Assembly: GCA_903917425.1 (NCBI GenBank)
Contig: CAIXAQ010000601.1
Location: 1 to 39,685 of the forward strand
From: an uncultured Bacteroidales bacterium
GTDB taxonomy: Bacteria > Bacteroidota > Bacteroidia > Bacteroidales > UBA4417
Length of the DNA: 39,685 nucleotides
Reading direction: 5' to 3'
Shown here: in pieces, positions 26,744-36,750 of the stretch
Layout: each line of letters opens with the position of its first letter
Position numbering within the stretch: position 1 is the stretch's first letter
Notes under the pieces: model-generated
Told to the model about the DNA's origin: nothing
Database searches by the model: none
The model's input: the letters and a program-made list of their open reading frames with translations, nothing else
Position numbers and translations under genes: made by a program

Positions 26744-28432
26744 ATGAGTATTATTAAGTTAATTTACGTTTGGATATTGATTTTGGCAGCGGGTCTGGCT
26801 TGCTCTGTAAAACTACAAGCATCTCCAGCAAGTTTTTCAGTCGATACGCTGTCCAATCTTGTTGATGCAAACGCGGCTCCGTTTAACCAGGTTAAACCCG
26901 GTGATACTATCCTTTTTGAGCCTGGCAACCGCGACTTTATCCTGATCCGCAACTTTACGGGAATACAGGGCAAACCAATCGTATTTTGCAATATCGGGGG
27001 GCTGGTAACTATTCATACTGACCACTATTTTGGCATTTCCATTCAGAATTGCAGGTTTATCCGGCTTACAGGAACAGGTTCCGAAACCGATTTTTATGGG
27101 TTCAAAATCACCAAGGTAAGCAATGGGGGGGGCGTTGGAATTACTGACATGAGTTCCGATTTTGAAATCGACCATGTATCCATCGAAAACACATCCATCG
27201 GCGGTATTTATGCAAAAACCGATCCTGATTGTTCCTTTGCTTCCACCCGGGGGAATTATACTCAGTACAATACCATTATTCACGATAATTATATTGCAAA
27301 CACAAGCGATGAGGGCATGTATATTGGCAGCACCAAATATTTCGGACAAACTGTAAATTGTGATAACAAGGATACATTACTGTTGCCAAGCCTTTTAGAT
27401 GGGGTCAGGATTTATAATAATATTATTAAATACTCAGGATGGGATGGCATCCAAGTAAGTTCGGCTTCAACGGATTGCCAGGTTTTCGACAATTTGATCA
27501 TGTACGACAGCCAAAGGGAAACCTTCGGCCAGATGTCGGGAATTATGCTTGGAGGTGGCTCAAAATGTGACTGTTACAATAATGTAATCAGCCAGGGGAA
27601 AGGAAGCGGGATCGAGAGTCATGGCTTAGGTGGTTATCGCATTTTTAACAATATTATTGTTGATGCCGGCCGGAGTTTTCAACCATTGGATACCTCCATG
27701 ATGAAATACGGGATTTACATTACGGATATTTCGGCTCAGCCCGATTCGTCGTTTCACGTGATGCACAATGATATTATTAATCCAAAATCGGATGGGATAC
27801 GATTTTTAAGCGTTTTGAGTAAAGGAAGCTTTATTACATCCAACGCAATTATTAACCCGGGTACATACGATTATTACGAACGGCTGCATACCAGTTTCAG
27901 CGGGCAGGATTCTTACGTGATGCTGCCCGACAGTTCGTCGGACGTGTTTATTAGTAACAATTATTTTTCGCGAACCGCAGCAGATGCAGGTTTTGAGGCC
28001 TCAGGCTACGCATTGAAGGCAAACTCACCCCTCGTTGATGCCGGCAATCCTGACCTGAAAGGAATTATTTTCGATGGGTATCACAACCCAAGAATATATG
28101 GAAATGCTCCGGATATCGGCGCTTTGGAATACAATCCCAATGTTTTAAACATCAATAATCGCGAAAATAATTCTGAAATGAAAGCGCTGGTATTTCCCAA
28201 TCCGGCGAAAACATGGCTTACCATTCGTTTTCAATGCAGGAAAGAAACCAAGGTTGCATTCAGCGTTTACAACCTGCAGGGTAACAGGCTTATGAATAAT
28301 GATAATGCTTGTAATTCGGCTGGAGAGAAAGAGTTAAAACTAAATGTAACTGGCTTGCCCGCTGGCATTTATATCTATCAGCTTAAAACCAAACAGCAAA
28401 CGGTTTCGGGCAAATTCAGTAAAGTGAACTGA
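26744..28432 (+). CDS. Secreted right-handed parallel beta-helix protein with a T9SS C-terminal sorting domain
   Basis: I prefer the ATG at 26744 (MSIIKLIYVWILILAAGLA, signal peptide) to the GTG at 26714. Repetitive beta-helix turns are visible (NNIIKYSGWDGIQV, NLIMYDS, NNVISQGKGSGIE, NNIIVDAG, HNDIINPKSDGIRF). The last roughly 80 aa (28181-28429) read LVFPNPAKTWLTIRF...YNLQGNRL...GIYIYQLKT...SGKFSKVN, a type A T9SS CTD pattern. Confidence 0.8.
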   Translation: MSIIKLIYVWILILAAGLACSVKLQASPASFSVDTLSNLVDANAAPFNQVKPGDTILFEPGNRDFILIRNFTGIQGKPIVFCNIGGLVTIHTDHYFGISIQNCRFIRLTGTGSETDFYGFKITKVSNGGGVGITDMSSDFEIDHVSIENTSIGGIYAKTDPDCSFASTRGNYTQYNTIIHDNYIANTSDEGMYIGSTKYFGQTVNCDNKDTLLLPSLLDGVRIYNNIIKYSGWDGIQVSSASTDCQVFDNLIMYDSQRETFGQMSGIMLGGGSKCDCYNNVISQGKGSGIESHGLGGYRIFNNIIVDAGRSFQPLDTSMMKYGIYITDISAQPDSSFHVMHNDIINPKSDGIRFLSVLSKGSFITSNAIINPGTYDYYERLHTSFSGQDSYVMLPDSSSDVFISNNYFSRTAADAGFEASGYALKANSPLVDAGNPDLKGIIFDGYHNPRIYGNAPDIGALEYNPNVLNINNRENNSEMKALVFPNPAKTWLTIRFQCRKETKVAFSVYNLQGNRLMNNDNACNSAGEKELKLNVTGLPAGIYIYQLKTKQQTVSGKFSKVN

Positions 28433-28578
28433 GAACTGTACAAAAAATTGTCATTGGTTTTGATAAAGTCCTGAAACTGCGAAAACTTAATGCTCATATT
28501 TAAAATTATCCATACGAACAATTTATTTTAAAATTTGTTACAATAATAAACAGTAATCACCCTTTAAAACCAAAACTT

Positions 28579-28986
28579 ATGAATTTCGCAACACTTAACT
28601 GGCTTGCCATCATCGCTTCGACACTGGCCTTTTTTGGCTTTGGAGCCGTGTGGTATTCGCCTTTTGTTTTCGGTAAAATGTGGATGAAAGAAACCGGAAT
28701 TACCGCAGAAGCCGCCACAAAAGTCAATATGGTTAAAACCATGGGTCTGACCCTGGTATTTTCATTTGTCATGTCGTTAAACCTGGCCTTGTTTATGAAT
28801 TCTCCGGAGATAGGAGCCTCCCAGGGAGCCATGTATGGATTTTTCACTGGTTTCGGCTGGATTGCCATGGCCATTTTCGTGAGCGGGCAGTATGAGTTTC
28901 GCAGCACACGCTACATGCTGATAAATGCCGGCTATAATGTAGTTGGCCTGACCATTATGGGTTTAATTTTAGGTGCCTGGAAATAA
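28579..28986 (+). CDS. DUF1761-family small membrane protein
   Basis: 135 aa with four hydrophobic segments. The N-terminal LNWLAIIASTLAFFGFGAVWYSPFVFGKMWM matches my recollection of the DUF1761 signature. Confidence 0.65.
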   Translation: MNFATLNWLAIIASTLAFFGFGAVWYSPFVFGKMWMKETGITAEAATKVNMVKTMGLTLVFSFVMSLNLALFMNSPEIGASQGAMYGFFTGFGWIAMAIFVSGQYEFRSTRYMLINAGYNVVGLTIMGLILGAWK

Positions 28987-29247
28987 ATTTCGATTCCATT
29001 TCTTGTAACGTTTCACTCCTCCATCTAAATTTCAGCCACGGATTTTACAGGTTACCCCGGATTTTTAACTTCTTTCAGTAGTTTTACAATATAATTGAGT
29101 AGGTAGGTTGTATTCTACCCTTTGATAACTGCGGTAACTACTTGTTTTTCCGAATATTGCAGATTATTAACTATTCCGGGTTTTTCTTTACGGAATTATC
29201 CTGACTATTGCTTTACTTCCGCTATTTTTGCAATAAATTTGAATTAA

Positions 29248-30681
29248 ATGATTACCTTTCTGTTATCAATCGTTGCCCTGATTTGCGGCTATTTAATTTA
29301 CGGCCGTTTTATCGAAAAAATTTTTGGTATCGACCCTGCCCGACCAACTCCGGCCACAACCAAAACTGACGGCGTCGATTTTGTTCCTATGAAATGGAGT
29401 AAGATTTTCCTGATACAGTTTCTGAATATTGCCGGTTTGGGACCCATTTTCGGTGCTATTGCCGGAGCGGTATGGGGCCCGGTGGCGTTTGTATGGATAG
29501 TTTTCGGTGCTGTTTTTGCAGGAGCGGTTCACGATTTCATGTCAGGGATGATGTCGCTGCGAATGAACGGCCTGAGCATACATGCAATCGTTGGCAAATA
29601 CATGGGCAAAGGCGTGCAGCAATTTATGAGCCTGTTTACCGTAGCCATGATGATACTGGTAGGAGCTGTTTTTATTATGGGTCCGGCCAAAATACTTTCC
29701 GGACTTACATCCGGCTTTATGGGAGTAACTGCCTGGGCTTCCATTATTTTTATTTATTATATACTCGCTACCATGTTGCCCATCGACAAACTGATTGGCC
29801 GGATTTACCCTTTTTTCGGATTCGCCATGCTTTTTATGGCCGTAGGTATTGGAGGAGCCATGATATATTATGGATTACCGATTCCGGAATTAGTTCCGGC
29901 AAATTTTACAAATATGAATGCAAATCCCGGCAAGTTTCCCATTTTTCCTATGCTTTTCGTCACCATTGCCTGCGGGGCGATTTCCGGTTTCCACTCCACG
30001 CAATCGCCGTTAATGGCGCGTTGCATGACTAGCGAGAAGTATGGTCGCAGGGTTTTTTACGGGGCCATGATCACCGAAGGCCTGGTAGCGTTAATATGGG
30101 CAGCCGTTGGAATGAGTTTTTTTGGAGGAGTGCACGAATTGAACAATGTTATGGAGGCACAAAAAGGAAATGCTGCCTGGATTGTAAATGAAATATCCCA
30201 CACTTTGCTTGGCCGTTTTGGTGCTGTACTGGCCATGTTAGGTGTAGTTGCAGCTCCCATTACTTCGGGCGATACCGCTTTTCGCAGCGCCAGGATTATC
30301 ATTGCCGACTTCTTCCATTTCGACCAAAAAAGCATTAAGAACCGTTTAATATTAACTTCCCCGCTTTTTATTATTGGCTTTTTCCTCACACAGGTCGATT
30401 TCTCCATCATCTGGCGCTACATGGCCTGGTCGAATCAAACGCTGGCAGTCATAGTGTTGTGGGCAATTACAATTTACCTGGCCACTGAGCAGAAACTCTA
30501 TTGGGTAACGCTAATTCCTGCTGTATTTATGTCGGCAGTTGTATCGGCCTATATACTGGTTGCCCCCGAGGGTTTCGGGATTGATATATTTTATGGACAA
30601 GTTACAGGTGTTTGTTTTTCAGGCATTCTCCTCACCTGGTTTTGGATCTGGAGGAACTCCGTTGCAGTGCAAACGGAATAA
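29248..30681 (+). CDS. cstA: Carbon starvation protein A family transporter (short form)
   Basis: 477 aa polytopic protein. FLIQFLNIAGLGPIFGAIAGAVWGPVAFVWIVFGAVFAGAVHDF and CGAISGFHSTQSP are CstA hallmark segments. Confidence 0.88.
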   Translation: MITFLLSIVALICGYLIYGRFIEKIFGIDPARPTPATTKTDGVDFVPMKWSKIFLIQFLNIAGLGPIFGAIAGAVWGPVAFVWIVFGAVFAGAVHDFMSGMMSLRMNGLSIHAIVGKYMGKGVQQFMSLFTVAMMILVGAVFIMGPAKILSGLTSGFMGVTAWASIIFIYYILATMLPIDKLIGRIYPFFGFAMLFMAVGIGGAMIYYGLPIPELVPANFTNMNANPGKFPIFPMLFVTIACGAISGFHSTQSPLMARCMTSEKYGRRVFYGAMITEGLVALIWAAVGMSFFGGVHELNNVMEAQKGNAAWIVNEISHTLLGRFGAVLAMLGVVAAPITSGDTAFRSARIIIADFFHFDQKSIKNRLILTSPLFIIGFFLTQVDFSIIWRYMAWSNQTLAVIVLWAITIYLATEQKLYWVTLIPAVFMSAVVSAYILVAPEGFGIDIFYGQVTGVCFSGILLTWFWIWRNSVAVQTE

Positions 30682-30800
30682 CTTATAAATTTATAGAGTC
30701 CCTTACTCCAAACTCAGAAATTCAGATCCCGGGAAAGAATTTATGATTAGCTGTGGTTATGGCTATAAAATTTTAGTAATTGCATATTTTGGGCTGATAC

Positions 30801-31328
30801 TTATTTTGCAGAATCAGGAAAATACACATTAAAATCTGGTGTTACCGGATATTTTACAGAGTCAAAATAATGAAATTCTTCAAGTCGGACATTTTTATTT
30901 AACGATCTGAACCAGGGATTAGTCATTTTCTCCTGATCTGATGCAATCCGGCCTCTTTGTTCTTTTGACCTCTCTGCTTTTGGTATCAGGCTGGCTTCCA
31001 GCACCATTAAGTTGTTGATCACATCGTCGTATATTTTTACCAGGCCATCAATATGTTCCATATAATAGTTAAGGCTTCTATTGAATTCGTCAGGTGTAAC
31101 GTTATGCTTTTTAAAAACCTGGGCAAACCGGATTCTCAGGTCAGTGCTATCACTAAGCTTTGCTAATGAGTCATTTGCCAATCGCAGGGTTGCTTCCGTG
31201 AGATGAATATCAACCAACAGGCCGGTCATCTGCTCTTCACTCAGCGTACCTATAGGTTTGTCGCTTAATAAGCTGCTGCACGATGCCGAAAGCAAAGCCA
31301 AAAAAAGAATAAAAGCCCATTTCTTCAT
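30801..31328 (-). CDS. DUF4296-like lipoprotein
   Basis: 175 aa with a lipobox-type signal peptide (FLALLSASCSS). LSEEQMTGLLVDIHLTEA resembles the DUF4296 consensus. Confidence 0.55.
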   Translation of the reverse strand: MKKWAFILFLALLSASCSSLLSDKPIGTLSEEQMTGLLVDIHLTEATLRLANDSLAKLSDSTDLRIRFAQVFKKHNVTPDEFNRSLNYYMEHIDGLVKIYDDVINNLMVLEASLIPKAERSKEQRGRIASDQEKMTNPWFRSLNKNVRLEEFHYFDSVKYPVTPDFNVYFPDSAK

Positions 31329-31403
31329 AAAATCAGAGGTATCCTGGAAATTAATGTCGTGACAGGCGAAATATTTTTCAGGAAAAGAATGCTTCGGGTT
31401 TAT

Positions 31404-32123
31404 TTATTTCCCGCCATGTTTTTTCATATATTCCAGGTTAAGTTCTTTTAGCACATCCCCTGTAACATTCATAGTGTCATTGGCATACAGTATATTACCC
31501 CCTTTTGTATAACCAAGAATATAATCGAATTTGTATTTTTCGTTATACCGGTCAAGGAAATTCGTAACCGAATCGAGCAGGGCAACGTTCATATCCATTT
31601 CGCTTTGCTGCAATTCGGCAGCATACCTGTCGCGTAAATCGTAAATATCTTTCTGGTTCTGCTGCAACTGACCATAAATTTCCTGTGCACTCTGATCACT
31701 TATCGACTTCTTGGCTACTTGTTCCTTGAAATAAGCAGCATCTTTTTCAAAAGCCTGTTGCCTGGAAGCAACTTCACTTTCGAGTCTTTTGCCTTTTGCC
31801 TCGAGATCGGCACGCATTTTTTTAACCAGTTCGTAGCTGCCCAAAATACTGTCGTTATTCACATACGCTACCGAAATGGATCCCCTGTTCGCTTTTGCCA
31901 CGGCTCCTCCGATAGCATCATTTTTACTGCCTGAACCTGTAAAATGCAGTATGTATAAAATAACAAGTCCAACGAGCATCACCATGTTCATTGCCAGTAA
32001 CAGAGGGTTTATCCTTGCATGAGCCGGTGGAACCGGTTCAACTTTAGGCAAAATTGCATCGGAGGGTGCCGTCGTTTGAATGGGCGCAGGAGTGTTTTCC
32101 ATATTGTTAAGTTCTTCTGTCAT
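31404..32123 (-). CDS. OmpH/Skp-like periplasmic chaperone family protein with N-terminal membrane anchor
   Basis: 239 aa with a TM segment (LLLAMNMVMLVGLVILYILHF), then VAYVNNDSILGSYELVKKMRADLEAKGKRLESE and long coiled-coil segments typical of OmpH. Confidence 0.68.
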   Translation of the reverse strand: MTEELNNMENTPAPIQTTAPSDAILPKVEPVPPAHARINPLLLAMNMVMLVGLVILYILHFTGSGSKNDAIGGAVAKANRGSISVAYVNNDSILGSYELVKKMRADLEAKGKRLESEVASRQQAFEKDAAYFKEQVAKKSISDQSAQEIYGQLQQNQKDIYDLRDRYAAELQQSEMDMNVALLDSVTNFLDRYNEKYKFDYILGYTKGGNILYANDTMNVTGDVLKELNLEYMKKHGGK

Positions 32124-32219
32124 TTTATTACACTTAGTGAAATTATTATAAAAACAACCTGATCCATCTTTTTATGAATCAGGCTGCGAAGTTAAAAAAA
32201 ACACTTATTTGATAACGAA

Positions 32220-34445
32220 TTAATTACCAACTTCCGAGATATATTTAATACGTACCAGCCTGATTTCCTCCTCGGTGAATTCATTTTCGCCCAAATCTCT
32301 CAGCGCCTGTTCCACCGAATCGGTTTCTGCTTCCATAAAATAATCCCTTATCTCCTCCTGGTGGTAAGGATCTATGGTTTCGTTGAGGTAGTAAGTCAGG
32401 TCAATTTTTGTGCCCGAATCAACAATACTTTCGATTTCAGTAAGCAATTCGTCGGCGGTAAGATTTTTTGCCGTGGCTATATCCTCCAGCAAAATTTTAC
32501 GGTCAATATTTGTAATAATATAGACCTTCAGCCCTGATTTATTGACCACAGATTTTACTATCATATCCATCGGGCGAATAATTTCATTTTCTTCAACGTA
32601 GGATGAAATAAGTTCCAGGAACGGCTTTCCGTATTTTTGCGCTTTACCGGCTCCTACACCGGTAATACGCTGCAGCTCGTCCATATTGATAGGATACTGT
32701 ATAGCCATGTCCTCGAGCGAAGGATCCTGGAAGATCACGAAAGGAGGCAGACTTTCTTTACGCGCAAGTTCCTTGCGAAGATCCTTAAGCAACGAAAACA
32801 AGGTTTTATCCGTAGTGCTGGTTCGAGCACCGCCACCCGACATCATTTCATCATCGTCGCCTTCTTCCGGATCTGTATCTTTTACTACCATAACGGCATA
32901 AGGTTTTTTTAGAAACTTTTGTCCTTCAGGAGTTATTTTTAAAATCCCATAATTTTCAATATCTTTTACTACGAGCCGTTCAATAAGCATCTGCCGGAGC
33001 ACCCCATCCCAGAAACGCTCGCTTTCTTCCATGCCCTTACCGAAAATATCAAGTTCGTTGTGCTTGTATGATTTGATGTTGGATGAAACTTTCCCAATCA
33101 TGATGTTTACAATGTGCTTTGCCTTACACAACTGTTTGGTTGCCAATACCGCTTCCAGCGCAAGGTCGACGTACTCGCGTCCATCAATTTTCGTTTTGGG
33201 ATGCAGGCAGTTGTCGCAGTTACCACAATTATCCTCCTTATATACTTCGCCGAAATAGTGGAGCAATTGCTTGCGCCGGCACATGGCCGATTCGGCAAAT
33301 GACACTACTTCCATTAAAAGCTGGTTGGCAATTTCCTGCTCGGCAACACCTTTGTTTTTGCTGAATTTTTCGAGTTTTTCGATATCCTCGTAGGCGTAAA
33401 ATGCCAGGCAAATCCCTTCCCCGTCATCGCGTCCTGACCGCCCGGTTTCCTGGTAATAGCCTTCAAGGCTTTTGGGCATGTCGTAATGGATTACAAAACG
33501 GACATCAGGTTTATCTATACCCATCCCGAAAGCTATTGTTGCAACAATAACATCCGATTCCTCCATCAGAAACTTATCCTGGTTCTCAACCCTCACAGCC
33601 GAATCGAGACCAGCATGGTAAGGCAAAGCTTTGATACCGTTAACTACCAGTGTTTCTGAAAGTTCCTCGACCTGGCGACGGCTGAGGCAATAAATAATCC
33701 CCGATTTACCGGTATGCATTTTTATGAACCGGATCACATCCTTGTTCACATCGGCATTTTTCTGCTTTACCTCATAGTAAAGGTTCGAACGGTTGAATGA
33801 CGATTTGTAGAGAGCTGCTTCCTGCATGCCCAGACTTTTCAGGATATCCTGCTGTACTTTGGGTGTAGCAGTGGCTGTTAATGCAAGCACCGGAACATCC
33901 TGGCCAATAGCATCTATTATGGGGCGAAGCCGGCGGTATTCCGGCCTGAAATCATGACCCCACTCCGAAATGCAATGCGCTTCGTCGATAGCATAAAACG
34001 AAATTTTTATGTCCCTGAAAAAAGAGATGTTTTCCTCTTTTGTAAGCGATTCGGGTGCTACATAAAGCAACTTTGTTTTCCCTTCGGTCAGATCGCTTTT
34101 AACCTGCGTGATCTCTGCCTTCGAAAGGGATGAGTTAAGTACATGAGCTATGCCTTTGTCGGCACCAAACTGCCGCATGGCATCCACCTGATTCTTCATC
34201 AACGAGATAAGGGGTGAAATAACTATGGCAGTACCGGGCAGGAACATCGCCGGCAACTGGTAGCACATCGACTTCCCTCCGCCGGTAGGCATAATTACGA
34301 ATGTATCGTTTCCGCTAAGTAAATTACGTATTATTGCTTCCTGATTCCCTTTAAAACTCTCAAATCCAAATATTTTTTTGAGTGTGGTGTGTAAAGGATA
34401 ATCCTTGAAATCTTCATTTTTTTTCATTCCACGAGCATTATTCAA
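32220..34445 (-). CDS. recQ: ATP-dependent DNA helicase RecQ
   Basis: 741 aa with FGFESFKGNQ, MPTGGGKS, DEAHCISEWGHDFRPEY, LTATAT and QETGRSGRDG-like motifs, a 4-Cys zinc-binding region (CRRKQLLHYFGE...CGNCDNC) and a C-terminal HRDC-like region. The start could instead be Met7 (34427). Confidence 0.95.
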   Translation of the reverse strand: MNNARGMKKNEDFKDYPLHTTLKKIFGFESFKGNQEAIIRNLLSGNDTFVIMPTGGGKSMCYQLPAMFLPGTAIVISPLISLMKNQVDAMRQFGADKGIAHVLNSSLSKAEITQVKSDLTEGKTKLLYVAPESLTKEENISFFRDIKISFYAIDEAHCISEWGHDFRPEYRRLRPIIDAIGQDVPVLALTATATPKVQQDILKSLGMQEAALYKSSFNRSNLYYEVKQKNADVNKDVIRFIKMHTGKSGIIYCLSRRQVEELSETLVVNGIKALPYHAGLDSAVRVENQDKFLMEESDVIVATIAFGMGIDKPDVRFVIHYDMPKSLEGYYQETGRSGRDDGEGICLAFYAYEDIEKLEKFSKNKGVAEQEIANQLLMEVVSFAESAMCRRKQLLHYFGEVYKEDNCGNCDNCLHPKTKIDGREYVDLALEAVLATKQLCKAKHIVNIMIGKVSSNIKSYKHNELDIFGKGMEESERFWDGVLRQMLIERLVVKDIENYGILKITPEGQKFLKKPYAVMVVKDTDPEEGDDDEMMSGGGARTSTTDKTLFSLLKDLRKELARKESLPPFVIFQDPSLEDMAIQYPINMDELQRITGVGAGKAQKYGKPFLELISSYVEENEIIRPMDMIVKSVVNKSGLKVYIITNIDRKILLEDIATAKNLTADELLTEIESIVDSGTKIDLTYYLNETIDPYHQEEIRDYFMEAETDSVEQALRDLGENEFTEEEIRLVRIKYISEVGN

Positions 34446-35061
34446 ATGTTCACATCAAAATCTGATGCTTGTTATATTAGTTTTTATTCAGCCTTTTTAT
34501 CGTCTGCGGGAACAGGTTTTAGTGTTAAAATTAACTCTGCCCGGCACTATTTTTTATTCAGACTCCGCACTACAATTTTAACACAACTACGATGTCATGA
34601 TTAAATCCGACTTAATCGAGTAAAACTTTTGCTATTTGACTTTGTGTTAGGTAAAGTTAATACAACTTTATAGTTAATCGCAAAAAAAAATGTTATTTCT
34701 CCGTCTTTTTTTAGTTTAATTAAATCAATCCGCTTACAATCAGCCATTTATAGTATATGGCACAAATAAATAATTAAGAAATAAATTACTTATCAGCTTA
34801 TTTTTCAACAATCAGGTCCATTTTCCGAACCCCTACTGCCTATCCCCCTGAAACCGGAATCAATTTGAAGAGGACCCCTACTTCAAACAGGATACTCAAA
34901 AAGCGTGCAAAAGTATAATTAAAATCAAAACAACCGGCGAATTTATTTTTTTATTATTTTCAGACGGTTCTCCTGCCCGGAACTTATCTTTTCATAATTT
35001 TCCGGTTTTGTAACCCGCTAATTATGAGTAAAAAAATCTTATTTTCAGTAAGTAAAAAAAC

Positions 35062-35069
35062 TATATTTG
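35062..35069 (+). promoter_or_regulatory. Candidate Bacteroidota -7 promoter element (TAtaTTTG) upstream of the BMC operon
   Basis: It matches the TAnnTTTG consensus and ends 48 nt upstream of the ATG at 35117. I did not see a clean TTTG -33 element at the expected spacing. Confidence 0.3.
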
Positions 35070-35116
35070 CATGACGTTATAATATATATTGCAATTCAAA
35101 AAAAAGGGAGAAAACC

Positions 35117-35740
35117 ATGATAGACCTGAGAACATATATTTTTATCGATTCACTGCAACTGCAGATGGCTTCGTATTTATCCACAGTGTCGAAGGGATAC
35201 CTGCCGGTAAGCGGGCAAGCCTGCTGTATAATCGAAATTGCTCCGGGCATTGAGATTAACACGCTTACCGATATTGCATTAAAAGCAACCCATGTGAAGC
35301 CTGGAATGCAGATAGTTGAACGTGCATACGGTTTGCTCGAAGTACATTCCGATAGCCAGGGCGATGTACGCATGGCAGGCGAAGCAGTACTAAAAACTAT
35401 TGAGAAAACTGAAGATGACAGGATCAAACCGCGCATACTGACAAGCCAGTTAATAAAAAATGTGGAAGATCATCATGCTCAATTAATCAACCGGACCCGT
35501 TACGGAATGATGTTGCTCAAAGGTGACACCTTGTTTGTACTGGAGGTTGAACCTGCAGGATATGCATACTATGCTGCCAACGAAGCCGAAAAAACCGCTC
35601 ATATCAACATTATTGATGTAATAGGATTTGGCAAATTTGGCCGGGTATATATTGCCGGCGACGAAGCCGAAGTGCTGGAATGCAAAAACATTGTTGAAAA
35701 GCGTCTTGCTGAAATTTCGGGAAGAGAAGATTATAAATAA
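35117..35740 (+). CDS. Tandem-domain BMC shell protein (BMC-T class, possibly permuted EutL/PduB-like)
   Basis: 207 aa with two BMC-like halves: IIEIAPGIEINTLTDIALKATHV...GLLEVHSDSQGDVRMAGEAVLKTI and LFVLEVEPAGYAYYAANEAEKTAHINIID...GRVYIAGDEAEVLECKNIVEKRL. It lies directly upstream of canonical shell genes. Confidence 0.7.
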   Translation: MIDLRTYIFIDSLQLQMASYLSTVSKGYLPVSGQACCIIEIAPGIEINTLTDIALKATHVKPGMQIVERAYGLLEVHSDSQGDVRMAGEAVLKTIEKTEDDRIKPRILTSQLIKNVEDHHAQLINRTRYGMMLLKGDTLFVLEVEPAGYAYYAANEAEKTAHINIIDVIGFGKFGRVYIAGDEAEVLECKNIVEKRLAEISGREDYK

Positions 35741-35768
35741 GTAATAATAAATTTTAAACTGATAAATC

Positions 35769-36071
35769 ATGAATGACAACACATCAGACGCATTAGGAAT
35801 GATTGAAACCAGGGGCTTTGCCGCTATGGTTGAGGCTTCGGATGCAATGGTTAAAGCTGCAAGAGTTGAACTCATCGGCTTCGAAAAAATTGGCGGCGGT
35901 TACGTAACTGCAATTGTCCGTGGCGATGTGGCATCAGTAAGAGCTGCTGTCGACGCTGGCGTGCAGGCTGCGCAAAAAGTAGGCGAGATAGTTTCGTCAC
36001 ATATAATTCCACGTCCGCATGCCAATGTTGACAGTGCTTTGCCACTGGGCAGGGGAAGTGTCAAGAAATAG
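35769..36071 (+). CDS. BMC-H hexameric shell protein (PduA/EutM/CcmK family)
   Basis: 100 aa. [57 protein letters not shown]...IIPRPH is a textbook PF00936 sequence. Confidence 0.95.
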   Translation: MNDNTSDALGMIETRGFAAMVEASDAMVKAARVELIGFEKIGGGYVTAIVRGDVASVRAAVDAGVQAAQKVGEIVSSHIIPRPHANVDSALPLGRGSVKK

Positions 36072-36152
36072 GAATCCTCTCTACCCGGCAATAACATGCC
36101 ACGGTGTGGACCGACATGCATGGGTTCAATTTAATCAATAACTGGAATCACA

Positions 36153-36443
36153 ATGATACTTGCAAGGGTGGTTGGAACTGTAGTTTCAAGTCATAAAGCT
36201 CCCAAAATAGAAGGGATTCGTTTTTTGCTTGTCGAAAAAATTGACCCTGTAACTATGAAGGGGAAAAACGACTTTGTCGTATCCATGGATAGTGTGGGAG
36301 CCGGGATAGGTGAAATTGTCTTCTATGTTTCAGGAAGCAGTGCGCGCATGACCGGTGTAACCGAAGGAAAGCCAAGCGATTCAGCCATCATTGCTATAGT
36401 TGATAACATTGAAAAGGACGGCAAATTCACTTACCGGAAATAA
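36153..36443 (+). CDS. BMC-P pentameric vertex protein (EutN/CcmL family), copy 1
   Basis: 96 aa. MILARVVGTVVSS...VVSMDSVGAGIGEIVFYVSGSSAR...AIIAIVD is collinear with EutN. Confidence 0.93.
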   Translation: MILARVVGTVVSSHKAPKIEGIRFLLVEKIDPVTMKGKNDFVVSMDSVGAGIGEIVFYVSGSSARMTGVTEGKPSDSAIIAIVDNIEKDGKFTYRK

Positions 36444-36452
36444 AAACTGGCC

Positions 36453-36740
36453 ATGATCCTTGGAAAAGTTGTAGGAACCATCGTGAGTAGCACCATTAAT
36501 GATGGGATGAAAGGATCGCGTTACCTTTTGATTGATAAAACGGATCAGCACGGAAGCAGGAAAGGCGATTATGTGGTTGCACTCGATATTATCGGGGTTG
36601 CCCGCGATGAACTTGTGATGGTAGCCGAGGGCAGCCCTGCAAGAGAAACTCCTGTTACCACCAATAAACCTGTTGATGCCCTGATTGTGGGAATTGTAGA
36701 TATTATAGATGAATACGACACGATTATTTACAGGAAATAA
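36453..36740 (+). CDS. BMC-P pentameric vertex protein (EutN/CcmL family), copy 2
   Basis: 95 aa. MILGKVVGTIVSS...VVALDIIGVARDELVMVAEGSPAR...ALIVGIVD. Confidence 0.93.
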   Translation: MILGKVVGTIVSSTINDGMKGSRYLLIDKTDQHGSRKGDYVVALDIIGVARDELVMVAEGSPARETPVTTNKPVDALIVGIVDIIDEYDTIIYRK

Positions 36741-36750
36741 GGAGGTTCGA

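Noticed and set aside
29035-29066. gccacggattttacaggttaccccggattttt motif upstream of cstA as a second palindromic element
   Set aside because: It resembles a half-arm of the 19267-19442 element, but I could not find an inverted partner nearby. I mention it only as a possible related repeat.
29472-30032. 186-aa plus-strand ORF inside cstA
   Set aside because: It is an alternative frame of a well-supported transporter gene, and its translation is Arg/Cys/His-rich nonsense typical of an off-frame read.
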